This document shows, piece after piece, positions 12,901-27,600 of a DNA stretch of 64,000 nt. The DNA lies in the NCBI GenBank assembly GCA_046563655.1, contig CM102286.1:11780001-11844000 (forward strand), read 5' to 3'. Below the pieces are notes generated by a model. The model did not search any database. It was not told the origin of the DNA and was given only the letters and a program-made list of their open reading frames with translations. The DNA comes from Yuukianura sp. NJ FZ-2021. Lineage: Eukaryota. The position numbers and the translations under genes are program-made. Every line of letters begins with the position of its first letter. The stretch's first letter is position 1.

Positions 12901-13791
12901 AATAGATCTTCTTGTTCACCGGTAAGATGCTAAGAAAGGAATTTTCGGATTAGCAAACGACAACCTGGGCGAATCTAAACTTTTGCTCACGTTTATCAAA
13001 CAGTATTCCGTCTTGAAAGCCAAACACAATGTATCTTTACTCCATGCCACTGCTCTTGGGATGTCCGGTACCGCCAGATCCTCCTGCAAGTCATGGAAGT
13101 TTCTGTTCTTCCAGTAAAAGAGCTGAAGACGCTTTCCTACTACAACACACATGCGCACAGTAATCGAAGGATCTCCTGTCAGTGATGTCTGTCTCTAAAT
13201 GAACAAAAGTGAGAATACAAAAATCAGTGAAAATTGATGATGAATTATCTCGCATCAGCACTCACCACAATATCCAACGCGAACAAAGTGGCACCTCTCG
13301 TTCTCTCAATAGTTCTTATGGCTGGACAATTGAATTGGCTCATATCATGCACAGAAATTCCATTGTCTAAGACATACAAGGAGTCAAACAAATAATCAAT
13401 TGGCAATTTCTACCTTGTCATAATTCTAGAATGACTTACCAACAGTTAGGCTAATCAGTATCTTATGTTCAGGAATGACATCCAGCTGGAGAATTGGCTT
13501 TTTCGAAAAATATTTATTGGAGTGCGTCAAATTAATTTCTGCTGGCGAGGTTGGTAAGTTGAAGCATATTTTGTAGATGAGAAGATGTCCTTTATTTGTA
13601 CCAACCAAAATTTGGTCATCTGTAACAATTAACAAAAACCCTTGTGACAATTGAGACATGCATTTTTTTTTGAAAGATAAGCAATTACCGTAGCCAGTTA
13701 TACATTCCACTTGTAATGGAAGATTACTGAAAATGGAAACAGTGCTATAGGCACTGAAGCGAGTTGACTTTCCTTGTGATGACCCCGACAT
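9991..13791 (-). CDS. Vps39: Vam6/Vps39-like HOPS subunit, ~16 exons
   Basis: CNH-domain N-terminus (ILVGTNKGHLLIY, SNKYFSKKPILQLDVIPE, MCVVVGKRLQLFYWKNRNF), IIDTTLLKCY, LVRLKNYCHLEETERALK, a CHCR region (LVIPYLEHIIHVWGD..FHNAL), and a C-terminal zinc-finger-like segment CDVCRKRFTNQSAFARYPDGSIVHFSCQEHE*. The stop codon lies at 9991-9993. Confidence 0.94.
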
Positions 13792-14299
13792 TGTTCTGTA
13801 CCCTTAATCGTTTGCTATTTAATCATAGATTTTATTAATTTATACTTATTGACTGTAATATCAAATAGTCAGCTGATTGATGTTTGCCGCAACTTCTATG
13901 GACCAATTTATGCAAATTTCGTAAACAAACAAAATGAGATAAAAGTTCAAAAATTAGACAATTCGAATTACGCGGGGCTTCGGTCAGGTGTTTTTAAGAG
14001 TAATTGCAATTCTTATACTACATAAGTTAAATGCCATTGCAAAAAAAGCAAAATACAAAAAAATTATTCTTTTCCACTGCTTGTTTCTAATACATGCAAC
14101 ACTTCTTTGAAATTAAATGTATTGAAATTGATATAGATTATTTTTAAATAATATAATTAAACTATTTAGTTATAATCAAACTATAACTTTGTTTTTCTTT
14201 GAAAAAAACAAGAGTTAAGTGTTGAAAAGTTTTGCCATTTCGCCATCAAATTGGAAATGCCATTTGCCATTCCATTTGCGAAATGATAAAAAGTACAGT

Positions 14300-14873
14300 T
14301 GATCTATTGATAACGTTAGTGATAGGGTGGAGGATACGGTCTAGGTGTGTCCCTGTGTTCGTCCGTGTGTGTCTGGTTGTCTGGTGGGTGGACTCGTACG
14401 TATATACATAGACTCTTGTATCCGGGATACCCAAAGTGTGTCCAAGTGGGTCCTGTTGTTGGATATGTTGGATACTTGGATACTTGGAGTGAGTCAGTAG
14501 GGTGAAGTCTGATCTGGGCTTGGTCTCTGTCTGGCTGGATCACTGTAGCCTCAAAACCAATAGTAACAATGGCGTTTTGCGGTATATTTCACCAACTTTA
14601 AAGTCTTCACACCTACCGCTCACATCGATTGTTCACTTGCAGCTAAATCAATTAACCCAACCCTTGGCAGGATCTGATAGTGTTGTACCAAAATACCTGG
14701 ATTCAAGACTCCAAAAGCAGCTCATTCCTACAATTTGGGGCAGTTCAATTTATCAATTTAGTCATTTAGTTCTAGTGTGAGCAGTGTAATTAGCTTTAGT
14801 GCTGTACATACACCGGGATCTCCGCCCCATTCTTGAAGCTTCAATTCTTCGGATTCGGAGAGGAATTTTTAAC
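14300..14873 (+). promoter_or_regulatory. Probable non-coding first exon / promoter of beta-spectrin, head-to-head with Vps39
   Basis: GT-rich leader ending in a consensus donor AAC|GTAAGT at 14874. A matching acceptor (ttttgcgtag|) lies at 18630, 40 nt before the beta-spectrin ATG. The 5' boundary is approximate. Confidence 0.45.
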
Positions 14874-17800
14874 GTAAGTTTTTTTATTTAACCTTTTAGT
14901 AAGCAGGAGAGAGGAGGCTGCGACATTTATAATATAAATTATATAAATTTTATTACTAGCTAAAGCTGTGTTGTAAGTACTAGTTCTTTGAAATTGACAT
15001 ACTGTGGGGATATTGTCGTTTATTTATCGTTTTCGGACCTCGGAGACTTACAAAAAGCGATAGATCCGCTGTTACGATATTGGAATTACCCCTTTAGTGA
15101 GATACTGTACTGCTATTTTGTTGTTGTTTATATTTTATTTCTGAGGATTTATGGCTTTCCTGACCGCTGTTACCGCTATGTGGTTTTAAATACCGGCTTA
15201 ATTTGTTTTTAGTTTGCCATTCATGCATTAGCGTATGCGTTAATATCCCGAGCAGATGAGCAAAACCTGATGCACCGTCGTCGCCGTCCAGCAAAGCTGA
15301 ACGTAAAGCACTTAAATTACATTACATCTGAAACATTATTCCTCGTCCACTATACTGTACTGTACGCTGTCGCAAAAGCACCTTTTCTGCCATTTTTAAC
15401 GTGTAAATATGTCGAAACGATTAGGACAACCATAATTGTTCGTTTCAGTTTAGGTAAATGCTGTTCGAAAAAAAAAGTGAGTCGAATCTAATCTGGGGTG
15501 TAAAGGAGCTAACGCCAATATTGGAATTCATGTTTTTAGCAGCAGACCGTGATAAGTGAATATGAAGGACGACTGCTTGCCGAGTCACTTGGATTTGGTA
15601 GAACGTACTCATCTTTTGCAGTTTTTAGTTGGACTGGGCGTGTAGGGCATGAATAGCAGAAAATGAGAAGCTGCTCTAGCGCTGTCATGTCAATTTTGCA
15701 TGCAAACTTTTACACTAACTGCTGGAAGGACACTGTAGATTTTGTCAGAGCAGAGCTATTTAATCGTGACCCATTTTTCTTTTCAGCTAAAGTTACCGCT
15801 AGACCATAAAAAGCCTCAAATTTCTTAAGTAGACTTCGCTTCATCGATAATCGAATCATGGCGCAAGAGATGCGTGGCGAAAGCAAAAGTGTAATTAGAA
15901 CTTCATTTGTAAAATTTTTAGTCCTATAGTATTTGCACTGCATTTCAATTCATTGTGGTTTAGGATAAACAAGGAAGTGGAGATTTGTCATTGTCAGCAG
16001 GGAGGGATCAGGGATAGTCTTAAGTTATTTTCAGTGATGCGTAATGCTAGTTGTCTCAAAAATGCCAAATCTTTAGCCGTTTTTGTTAAAGATGTTAACG
16101 CTTGTAAAGTTGCGTTTGAAGCAATGAGGACGAGAGAAATGAAATGGCTTGATTTGGGTGATTCATAATTCACTGTAAAATATAGTTCCGGTGAAACTTA
16201 TCTCTGTTTTCAAGCCGGCAAAGACTTGCGCGTCATTAGGTTATGTAATAATAGTTATTACGTTAAATGTTAAAAATGCCATAATTTTAACGTTAAACAT
16301 GCCGTCATCAGTTTTAGACTTATCTATCTGAGAACAAGGGTTGGGCTGTCCAGCTTGGACTTGGACTGGACTTTTTGGGAATTGCAAACTCGTTCTCATC
16401 TCCAATTCATCTTCATTCTTTAGCCTTTAACGTCAGTCAGCATGAACAAAAAATACTCAAATTGCTTTTTTTGCTTTGGTTCTTTTATGGTTTTGGCATT
16501 CATTCGCATTGTATTCCTAACCTTGCACCTCGTTGAATTTAATTAGAAAGACTCGCAATTTGCAATGAGCGGTTTTCAAGTTAGCAATTTGGAGCTCTTG
16601 GGAAAATGGGAGTTTGCGAACGTTTCTTTTTCTGCTTTTATTTTGTGCTAGTGCTGAATAATTGAGAACCGCAGGGAATGAAGATGAGAGTGCGCTTTAT
16701 AACTAGTGAATACGACAAGAGGAAAGTAACTAACTTACGTTCTATAGTAAATTCAAACTGTAATTATCTACTTCTGTAATCTTCTACTGAATTAGATGCA
16801 GATTTACTTTGTAGCCCCGCCCATTTAATTTCAGCAGAAGATGATTTGATACGATTCGCGGTGAAGCTCGCGGGTGCGTGCCCTCCTCAAGCCATTCGCA
16901 TTTTTGAGTTCACAAAGCTACTAAAGTTAAAAATGTGGAAACTTGTCTTGGTAGAATGCCGGAGGAAGCCGTTTAAAATCAACTGAAAAGTAATTGATCA
17001 AACGCAGCACTTAAGTTTAAGTGAACCATTTTTTACAACTGCAACGGCATGGAAGGAAGCCGTTGAAGAAGTGTTTCGCAGTTTTAGGTTTGATAGTAAA
17101 GGAATGTTTTGTTCATAGTTTATTTCGTTTGAGCAATTTTCGAATGCTCTGACATTGAATTTTTGTTAAAATGTTAACGTCAGGAGATTAGTTATTGAAC
17201 AAGATTCGTCCCAGAATAGAACACAGCATGGATCTATGGATGGATGGCACTTGGCACAGGGGAGGGTGCATCAGCATCACGATATGTTATTCAAAAGACT
17301 AACAACGCTAAAAAGTTAAAAAAAAGTTTGAAGTTTGAATTGAACTTTGGGTGCTGGTAAGCACGGAGAGAGAGTCTGGTGAATTTTTGAGTGAAAAATT
17401 TTCAAGTGGCATTGACTTGTAAGTTTAGGTTTTATGCTTCAATTCGCCGGTTAAAAATTACGACAAGCAGAAACTTACTAGAAACAGTGGCAGTGTGTGC
17501 TTTAGTTTGTGTGTACAGAACGGAAAAACTGTTTGCTGAGTTTGCAGTGATTGATTGCTGAATTGAAAAGTAATTGAGCGAAGAGGTAGCGAAGCGAAGT
17601 TTGAAAAGGAAAATCGATGAAATCCGAAGTGAACTTTAGTGATAGTAATTTTTTTTATTTGTTTTCTGCAGTACGGTCTGCGTTAGAAGAGATTTCTCCT
17701 TTGGTTTTGCTTTTTTTAACATGACATCATCAAAATTGACCTTCATCTAAAGAGCACTTTATTAAAAAAAATCTTCAATTTAGTTTTACACTACAGGGAT

Positions 17801-18670
17801 CGGCTGTAGGCAGTAGTAAGGTGGAGTGGCTACAGTTTTTTTTTGCTTCATCTTGCTCTTTTTAATGATTCTCTTCCTTTTTTTTTATTGAGTTTTGTGT
17901 GTAAAAACCAAATGATTTAAGCCGAGGACGCATAGGCAGACGTGTTTTCAACAATGCGTTTTTGGTAAATTTATTTAACATGCTACATGAGAGGAAACGC
18001 AAAACTAAACTTCCTGGGCATCATTAGTGCTAAGTGTAGCCTAAAAGTTAACGTTTAATATCTTCTTCACCTTTTACAACAGTACTTTTCACGGTTTTTG
18101 GGTTTGTTTCCTGCTGAGTTGATGTATTTTTGAAAAACTAAATTTTTGTCGCGTTTAGCTAGTTGAAGCATGTACGACTTTGTTTATGAATTCCAGCACA
18201 GTAGAATTTTTTGGAAGCGGAGGAAAAAACAAATTTCATGTTCAACATCACTCTTGTCGAAATGTCGCAAGTTTCGACGAAGAATTTAAAAAAAAATTCG
18301 GTTTCCGGACGTAATCGTTTAAACAAGTCGCGCTAACAGTTAGCAGCGAAGGATTTTTAGGAGTTCTAGTTAGAAAATGCTTAAGCCAAATACTAAGTCG
18401 CGGATAATGCCAAATGGGGCGTGGTCTAAGAAATTTTTGATGACAGAACGAAACGTCAATTTTAGTAATTAAGAATGATTTTCGATATGGCAGCGGAGAA
18501 AGCGAAGCTTTCACCCACTTGTGAAGAGGGCATTGCCATTTTGTGTTAATAAGTGGTGTGTCTCTTTCCTTTTCGTCTCGGTTGTCCAATAAAGTCCGTT
18601 ATTTATTGACTCTCTTTTGTTTTTGCGTAGGAGTTGTGTGACAAGTCAACGTCCATTCGTCGGCTGAAAG

Positions 18671-21600
18671 ATGACCACAGACATCAGTGTCAACGTCCGC
18701 TGGGACCCACAACTTCAACAAGACATAATTGAAGACGTGGAATATGACGGTGGAAATGCTTCATCTCGCCTCTTCGAACGATCTCGAATCAAAGCTCTTT
18801 CCGGTACGTTTACTTTCCTAACATTTTTGTCCAATAAATCTTACATTCGACGAGCTGCTGGTGACATTTAGGTTTTAAGTGGGCCTCATTTAGGCGGGAA
18901 AAGAAAAAAGACATCCTGAAGTGAATTTCAAAATTTTGGTGTAGGCGAACCAATCATGGCTCTTGGTCGGTTCGCTTTCTAATTCCAAAGACTATTGATA
19001 TTTTTGGTTCCAGGTCATTAGCGCGAAAACAACAAACCCGAATTCCACAAGTTGGCAACACTGAAAGGACATTACCATTGAAACTTTCACCTTACGCCAA
19101 AATATGGTTAAGTTGCACTGTTGCTAACTTGCCGAATTCGCGAATTATTGCTTTAGCGCTAATGCCTTGCTACGAAGTTTTGAAATTTTCTCCTGGATGA
19201 CTTGTCACTTTCTAAAGATCTTAAAATCTGAAGTTTTGCTAATTTTTTGTCTGAAGAGGCGGAGTCTATTTAGTATGGTACATTTTCGGATGTTTCCGTG
19301 TTGAAACGAAAGTACGAATTATTCAATTGAATTGCTGTTGGAATGAATGGTGATGATGGCGAAGAGTGTTAGATGATGGTGGGGTGGTAAGGTTCAATTT
19401 AGTCAAACAATTTGAAGATCACAGTAACTACGGTATCTCCTAGGCTTTGTTGGAATAGCCTCGACTTGAATTTATTGACACTTAAATGCCACTTGGTAGA
19501 GGATTAGCACACTCCAGTCTATCGAATTTGGAACAAGGCAACAACGCTTTTGCGTAGGCCTATTCCAATTTAGAACTTGAAAAGTTGAGTGTTCAAAGAA
19601 GATGAAGATGACTAAAATCATCAATATTTGCAGACTTTAAAACCAATAAAGTACTGATTGAACGGTGAACAGCTTCTTCTTGTGTGCTAAGCATCAGATA
19701 CCACTATCGTGCTGAAGTACGTACAGAATAAATTATAACGATGTAGCTTTTTACACTTTTGCTGGATTTGTTTATCTTTATGATTTTTATGATGATATTA
19801 CTTTACCGTTACATTTTCGCCATTTTTTTCTTTTAGCGGTTTTGGTTGTGGTGTCATGGTCAAAGTATATATTTGGAATTCTTTTGAATTTTGTGTCGAT
19901 TTCTTTTGAAAATTGAAATAGTAAGGAACCGGATATGTATTTGTCCGAAAATTGTTTTTTTTTCTGGTTGAAATGTGCCTTTGAAGTTGTAAATATAAGT
20001 ATTGGGTACACTTGTATTTAGGATAATTAATGATTAATGAAAAGGGGTTAACTTCCGCTGGGTAGCTAGCTGGTATGTTCCAGAATTAAAATGATGTCAC
20101 CAGAGACCAACTATTGGAGTTGTTCCACTGATGAAGTTACAATAAACTAACATTTGTTGGAATCAGGCAAAAAAACCGCAGACCGTGAGGGAAACCGCAA
20201 GTATTAGTTTACTGGAGCACAGAGAGCTAAAAGTTGTTAAGTTACTCTAGTATTCAGTTTAAAGTTAGTGCTGAAGTCTGCGTGAGTTAGTGGTAACGCC
20301 ATTTATTGTGGCGGACTAGAAAGGGAGACTGGAACTAATCTTATCGGTGACTTCTCGGATCCATTTGTAACCTCTAGAGACCAAAATCAATACGTCTTTT
20401 GGTATTTGTGTCCGTGTCGGTGTCAGGGTACTCCGTCTTATAAGGAGTTGTGGAACCAATAGTCTAAGCCCTTGAGAATCGTTACAGTGTCACCTTTGTG
20501 TTTTGTGTTCTGGAAGTGCTTTAGTATTTGTGTAGTTTAAAAAAACCGAAACTATGGTGGACGAAATCGGGTCACCGTCGGCCGTTACCCCAATTTTCCG
20601 CCCACCCCCGAAACAGTCATTTTTCCGAGCGTTTTCTTTTGACTTTGAGTTTGAAAATGGTGGAACGGAGGTCATGCACAAAGAGGCTATTAGGAATATG
20701 GAAAATTTGGTTTTTGAACGATATATTTTAGAACTCCAAGGTAATAAATCATACTTAAAGTTTCATTTTAGGGCGTTTTTGTAGGACGCGAGAGACACAT
20801 CATGGTGAAGATTCTTGTGCTTCGAATGTAACACAAGAATCTTCATGCTTAGCTACAGATTCTGCTGCAGAATGCAGAGTTCACAAGCACTCGTGTGTAA
20901 AATGTCTAGTCGCTAATCGATGAACGGAATTGTGGCTGAGAATTGGCTAGGGAAATTCCTGAAGTTAAATTAATTTAAGATGTGCTTTTTGATGTAGTAA
21001 AAGTGGGATAAAGTTTTGCGGTGGAGTAGGTTTTGTTGGCGAAAACAAAAGTAGGACTTCCTGTGTCCTGCTGGGGCTGCTGATGGGCGTGGTTTTCTCG
21101 CGTGCTGTGTCACATTATGTGTTTGTTACTTTTGTTATTATTAAAGTTTCCATTTATAATAAGAAATTGAATACTACATATGTTTGGATGTTGAAATCTG
21201 CTACTTTTACTAGCGAAAACGATGTATCTTATGTCATGTTTTTCTGTTTTTGCAGACGAGCGAGAAAATGTACAAAAGAAGACTTTCACGAAATGGATCA
21301 ATTCTCACTTGGTCCGCGTTTCCTGTAGAATTGGCGACTTGTACATCGATCTTCGTGATGGAAAGATGCTTATAAAGTTACTGGAAGTGTTATCTGGCGA
21401 ACGATTAGTAAGTTTTTGTTGTACTCTGCTATAGCTTTTGGATGGAGTTCCCGGGTTTTTATGAAGTTCTCACGTAACTGCTGTTTTTATGTCAGAAATT
21501 GTGTTGATGGAAACTTAATCTTCCATCTTTTGTTTTTATTACAGCCGAGACCAACGAAAGGAAAAATGAGAATCCATTGCCTTGAAAATGTCGACAAAGC

Positions 21601-24600
21601 TTTGACTTTCCTCAAGGAACAGCGTGTTCATTTAGAGAATATGGGATCCCATGACATCGTAGACGGAAGCCCACGTCTCACGTTGGGCCTTATCTGGACC
21701 ATTATTCTCCGTTTCCAGGTGAGATTTCACACTTTATGAGGCTTTTGAGCAGTTTCTGGCGGTGTGTGGGAACTTAACTTTCACATCACCTTTAGGAATT
21801 TCCGATGAAATGAAATGAAAATGGGGTAATGTATTACGTACTTTTTAGATTCAAGATATTACAATAGAAGAGGTGGATAACAAGGAAACCAAGTCGGCCA
21901 AGGACGCTCTGCTCCTGTGGTGTCAGATGAAGACAGCTGGATATGGGAATGTTAACATTCGGAACTTTACGACGTCCTGGAGAGATGGTCTGGCGTTTAA
22001 TGCAATAATTCACAAGCATCGACCTGACCTCATCAACTACGAGAAACTGGGTCATAATCCGATACACAATTTGAACAATGCTTTTAACGTGGCTGACTCG
22101 AAGCTTGGACTCACAAAACTGTTGGACGCTGAAGATGTGGCTGTGGAACAACCGGATGAGAAATCGATCATAACGTAATTCAAGAAATAGTTGTTGCTTT
22201 TGTGGGAGTATGTTTGCTGTTTTGCAGCGAAAGACTCATTATTGTGGTTTTCTAGGTATGTCGTCACTTACTATCATTACTTTTCCAAGTTGAAGCAAGA
22301 AACTGTCCAAGGAAAGCGTATTAGCAAGGTTAGTCTCGCAAAAAAAGAGAGAAGAAAAAACTAAATTCATCTCTTGGGAATTAAGTTCGTTTCTTTTTCC
22401 TAGAAAGGAAATGTTTTGTGGAGAAAATGCCAATAAAAAGTTTTTTTTTGTCTGGACATGCCATTAGGTCGTCGGAATTGCAATGGACAACGATCGAATG
22501 ATTCGGGAGTACGAGACGTTGACCTCAGACTTGTTGAAATGGATTGAAGTTACGATCGACCAATTGGGAGACAGGAATTTTGCCAACTCTCTTGTTGGCG
22601 TTCAACAGCAATTGACTCAATTCAATAACTACCGAACCGTAGAAAAACCACCCAAGTTTGATGAAAAAGGAAATCTGGAAGTTCTTCTTTTTACACTCCA
22701 ATCAAAGATGAGAGCAAACAACCAAAAACCATACACTCCAAAGGAAGGGAAGTTAATTTCGGATATTAACAAGGCCTGGGAACGACTTGAAAAGGCAGAG
22801 CATGAAAGAGAGTTGGCTCTTCGGGAGGAGTTGATTCGACAGGAGAAACTGGAACAACTCGCTGCTCGATTCAACCGAAAAGCAAGCATGCGTGAAACTT
22901 GGCTCAGTGAAAATCAACGGCTTGTATCTCAGGATAACTTTGGATATGATTTGCCTGCTGTGGAAGCTGCTGCTAAGAAGCATGAAGCAATCGAGACGGA
23001 TATCTTTGCTTATGAAGAACGCGTTTCAGCAGTGGTTTCTGTTGCACATGAATTGGAAGCTGAGAACTACCACGACATTGAAAGAATCAACTTGCGAAAG
23101 GAAAATGTGCTGCGACTCTGGGAGTATCTTCTGGAATTGTTGCGAGCAAGAAGACTCCGTTTGGAAGCGGCTCTTCAACTTCATCAAAGCTTTCAAGTAA
23201 GTTGTTGAGCAAAATTGTGTTTATCTGTCAACATTTTTTAACGTGATGTTTGTCTTTTTAGGAAATGCTGTACATACTGGATTCAATGGAAGAGATTAAA
23301 CTGCGACTTTTGTCTGATGACTACGGCAAGCATTTGATGGGTGTCGAAGACTTGCTCCAGAAGCACTCACTTGTTGAGGCAGACATCAATGTTCTTGGAG
23401 ACCGAGTCAAGTCTGTTGTACAAAATTCTCAACGTTTCATTGGAGAAGAACAAGAACCAGGAATTGAAGGATTCAAACCAGCTGATCCATCGGCTGTTCT
23501 CGAACGAGTGACGCAGTTGGAAGAAGCTTATGCTGAACTTGTGAAGCTCGCTGTGGAAAGAAGGAACCGATTGGAAGAAAGCAAGAAATTGTGGCAATTC
23601 TACTGGGACTCGGCAGAAGAAGAAAACTGGATCAAGGAGAAGGAAAATATTCTGTCACAGGGAGACATTGGTCATGATTTGACAACTGTGCATCTCCTAC
23701 TTGCCAAGCAGAAGGTAATTAGCACCGCTCGATTTAGAAACATTGGCGTAATTTTGTTTATGTTCTGTCTGACATTGGTAATTATTGTGTAGGCGTTGGA
23801 GACTGAAATTAACGCACATGAGCCGCAGTTGATGAGCGTTGTTAGCGTGGGGCAAGATTTGATTGACGAAGAGCAGTTTGGAGCAGAGAAAGTCCAAACA
23901 AGACTCCAAGAGATTATGGGATTGTGGCAAAACTTGCGAGATCGTGCGGAAAGCCGGAAGACAAGACTTACGGAGGCCGTTGATTACCATCAGGTAGACA
24001 AAAATTTAATTACAACAAGTTATTACTCAAGAGTGACATAGATTCTAATAAAACCGATGTGTTTGCGTGTCTATTTCCAGTTCTTCGCTGATGCCGATGA
24101 TGTGGACACTTGGATGCTGGATATGCTTCGCCTTGTATCAAGCGAAGATGTTGGTCGGGATGAAGCCAATGTCCTTTCTCTACTGAAGAAACACGATGAT
24201 GTCACTGAGGAATTGAAGAACTACGCCAGTACAATCGATGCTCTACATAAACAAGCTCAGGAACTTGGTGAACAAGATCGCGAACACCCTGATGTCGTTG
24301 AGCGATTGGCCAGCATTGATAGACGATACAAGGAACTCACTGAACTTGCCAAGTTGAGGAAGCAGCGACTCATGGATGCTCTTTCTTTGTACAAACTTTT
24401 GTCTGAATCGGAAGGAGTTGAGCAATGGGTTGCAGAGAAGGTGCGTTTATCTCTCCTGAACTTATTAAAACGTGTCCAAGATAGGGCAGCTTATTGATTC
24501 TTTTTTAATTTCAGGAACGAATGCTGCAAACCATGGTTCCAGCCAAGGATATCGAGGATGTCGAAATTCTCAAACACCGTTATGATGGATTCGAGAAGGA

Positions 24601-27600
24601 AATGAACTCCAATGCCTCACGAGTGGCAGTTGTCAACCAATTGGCTCGTCAGTTATTGCATGTGGAGCATCCAAACTCTGGAGAAATTGTGGCTCGCCAA
24701 AACATGTTGAACACCAAATGGACAGATTTACGAGACAAGGCAGAGGCAAAGCGAGATGAACTCAATTCGGCCCACGGTGTACAGACGTTCCATATTGAGT
24801 GCAGAGAAACAATTGCTTGGATTGAAGACAAGAAGAGAATTCTGGAGGAAACTGCCAACTTGGAAATGGATTTGACTGGAATCATGACGCTACAGGTAAA
24901 TCATAAAAAATGATGTAAAACTACGTTAATTTTTAAATTTGCAATGTTATTTCCAATTGCAGCGTCGTTTGTCTGGAATGGAACGAGATTTAGCAGCTAT
25001 CCAAGCCAAGCTAGATGCCCTTGAGAAAGAAGCTGAAAGAATTGGCGAAGATCATCCAGAGGAAGCTGCAGTTATCAATGAGCGTATTGATCAACTTCGA
25101 GCATCATGGGAGCAGTTGAATCAAATGGTAGGAAGTTGCGTGATGAAGCATTTTGTATGAGTTAGAAGTAGAAAATAATCTGTGTTTTGCCTATAGCTCA
25201 AGGATCGGGATGCTAAACTGGAAGAGGCGGGTGACCTTCACCGCTTCCTTCGCGACTTGGACCACTTCCAAGCCTGGCTTACAAAGACTCAAACGGAAAT
25301 TGCCAACGAAGATGAACCTGTCAGCCTTCAAGATGCAGAGAAATTGCTCACGCAGCACCAAAATATCAAGGAGGAGATTGAGAACTATGTGGACGACTAT
25401 GAGAAGATGATGGATTATGGCGAGCGAATATTTACTGTAAGAAGTCAAAAGTTGTGTCATGCCTTTTACTTCTTTTATGCAAAAAACTTTAACGTCTTTC
25501 TTTACTTGTCGTTTAGGAACCAGCCACTCAGGACGATCCACAATACATGTTCTTGCGAGAGAGACTCAAGGCACTCAAAGATGGATGGGAGGAACTACGA
25601 CAAATGTGGGATAATCGCCAGGAACTACTTTCACAGTCAATGAATCTGCAAATATTCATGAGAGATGCACGACAGGCTGAAGTTCTCCTTTCACAACAGG
25701 AAACCATTTTGGCCAAGGATGAAACTCCAGTGAGTATTTCACATTTTTGGAATAGAGTTTGGTGCGGCAGTTCAACTGACTTAAATTCTGACCTTGTTTT
25801 TAGTCCAACTTGGAGCAAGCGGAAAGTCTCATCAAGCGACATGAAGCTCTACTCACAACAATGGATGCCAACGATGAGAAGATTAACGGCGTCATTCAAT
25901 TCGGTACGGCTTTGCAAAACGATGGACACGGACAAGCCGATAAGATTGGCAAAAAGACGGACAGCATCAAAGAGCGTCGGGATGCCAACAAGAGGAAAGC
26001 TTTGGAACAAATGGAGAAACTGCGAGATCAGCTTCAATTGCACCAATTCCTCCAAGACTGCGAAGAACTTGAAGAATGGGTCCAAGAGAAGAGCATGATT
26101 GCACAGGATGAAACTTACAGGAGCGCTAAGACCGTTCACAGCAAATGGACTCGTCACCAAGCCTTCGAAGCTGAAATTGCATCAAATAAGGATCGGCTGA
26201 TTGCTATTGAAGAAGCTGCCAAAGGACTTCTCGATGAAAAACCAGAGTACGATCCATTTATTACACCGAAAGTCAACGAACTTGCTTCTCATTTCCGAGA
26301 ATTGGAAGAAAGCACCAAAGAAAAGGTATTGACACTGCAATTGTGCACTAATGGAGCTTACTTACTCATTTGTTTCGAATTTTAGGGTGAGCGATTGTTT
26401 GATGCCAATCGTCAAGTACTCTACGAACAAACTGTGGACGATATTGATGGCTGGATGAATGACTTGGAGAACCAGATTGAGAACGAAAATTATGAGCAAG
26501 TTGGAGACTTGGCATCAGTAAACATTTTGATGCAGAAACAACAGATGATCGAGACTCAAATGGCTGTAAAGGCAAGACAGGTCACGGAATTGGAAAGCCA
26601 GGCTAACCATCTCCAGCAAATGGACCCAGACAAGGGAGAGGAAATTGTGGCCAAGAAGTCAATTGTTGAGAATCGATTTGGAAAGCTTAAAGCGCCTTTG
26701 GAAGCAAGGTAACGATTTGCTCAGTAATGTTCTGTTTCGGCAGTTTGTAAAAACTCAACAAATTCACTCCGTTTTGTTACAAAGGAAACTCCAATTGCTG
26801 AAGAAGAAAGAAGCGTACCAATTCCGACGTGATGTTGAAGACGAGAAGCTGTGGATTGCCGAGAAGATGCCGCAAGCTACTTCTAAAGACTTTGGAAATA
26901 GCGTATGCAGTAGAATTTTAACAATCATATGGCATTATTCTTCGAAAGTTTATTAACCGTCTATTCACGATATTTGTTGTAATTATAGCTTTACAACGTT
27001 CACATTCTCAAGAAAAAGAACCAATCACTCCGAAATGAAATCGAACATCATGAGCCAAGAATTGACACTGTCATTGGAAATGGACTTAAGCTTATCAGTG
27101 AGGAGCATGAAGATTCCGAAGAGTTTGACCGCCTTTGCAATGAACTGAAACGTGACTGGGAGGAATTGAAAGATGCTGTTGACAACCGTCGTGAGAAGCT
27201 TCTCCAGTCCGAGAAGGCTCAGCAGTATCTGTTTGATGCTTCTGAGGCTGAGGCCTGGATGTCAGAACAAGAACTGTACATGATGTCAGAGGAACGCGGA
27301 AAAGATGAGATTTCAGCTCAGAATTTGATCAAGAAACACGAGGCGTTGGAGAATGGTACGTTTGGATTCTCATTGTAGAAACTTTTTTAAGGAAATTCTA
27401 CTCGATCCACTAAAAATATTAATTTTTGCAAAAGATGTTAGCGACTATGCAGATACCGTGAGAGAACTGGGGGAAACAGCAAGGCAGCTGATTATGCAAG
27501 AACATCCAGAGAGTGACAACATCGGAGTCAAACAATCCCAAGTAGACAAATTGTACGCTGGACTCACGGATTTGTCACTTGAGAGAAGATCCAAACTTGA

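Noticed and set aside
26781..27434. Non-canonical introns in beta-spectrin
   Set aside because: The acceptors at 26784 and 27434 are AAG, a rare but canonical AG type. I saw no AT-AC or GC-AG introns among those checked.
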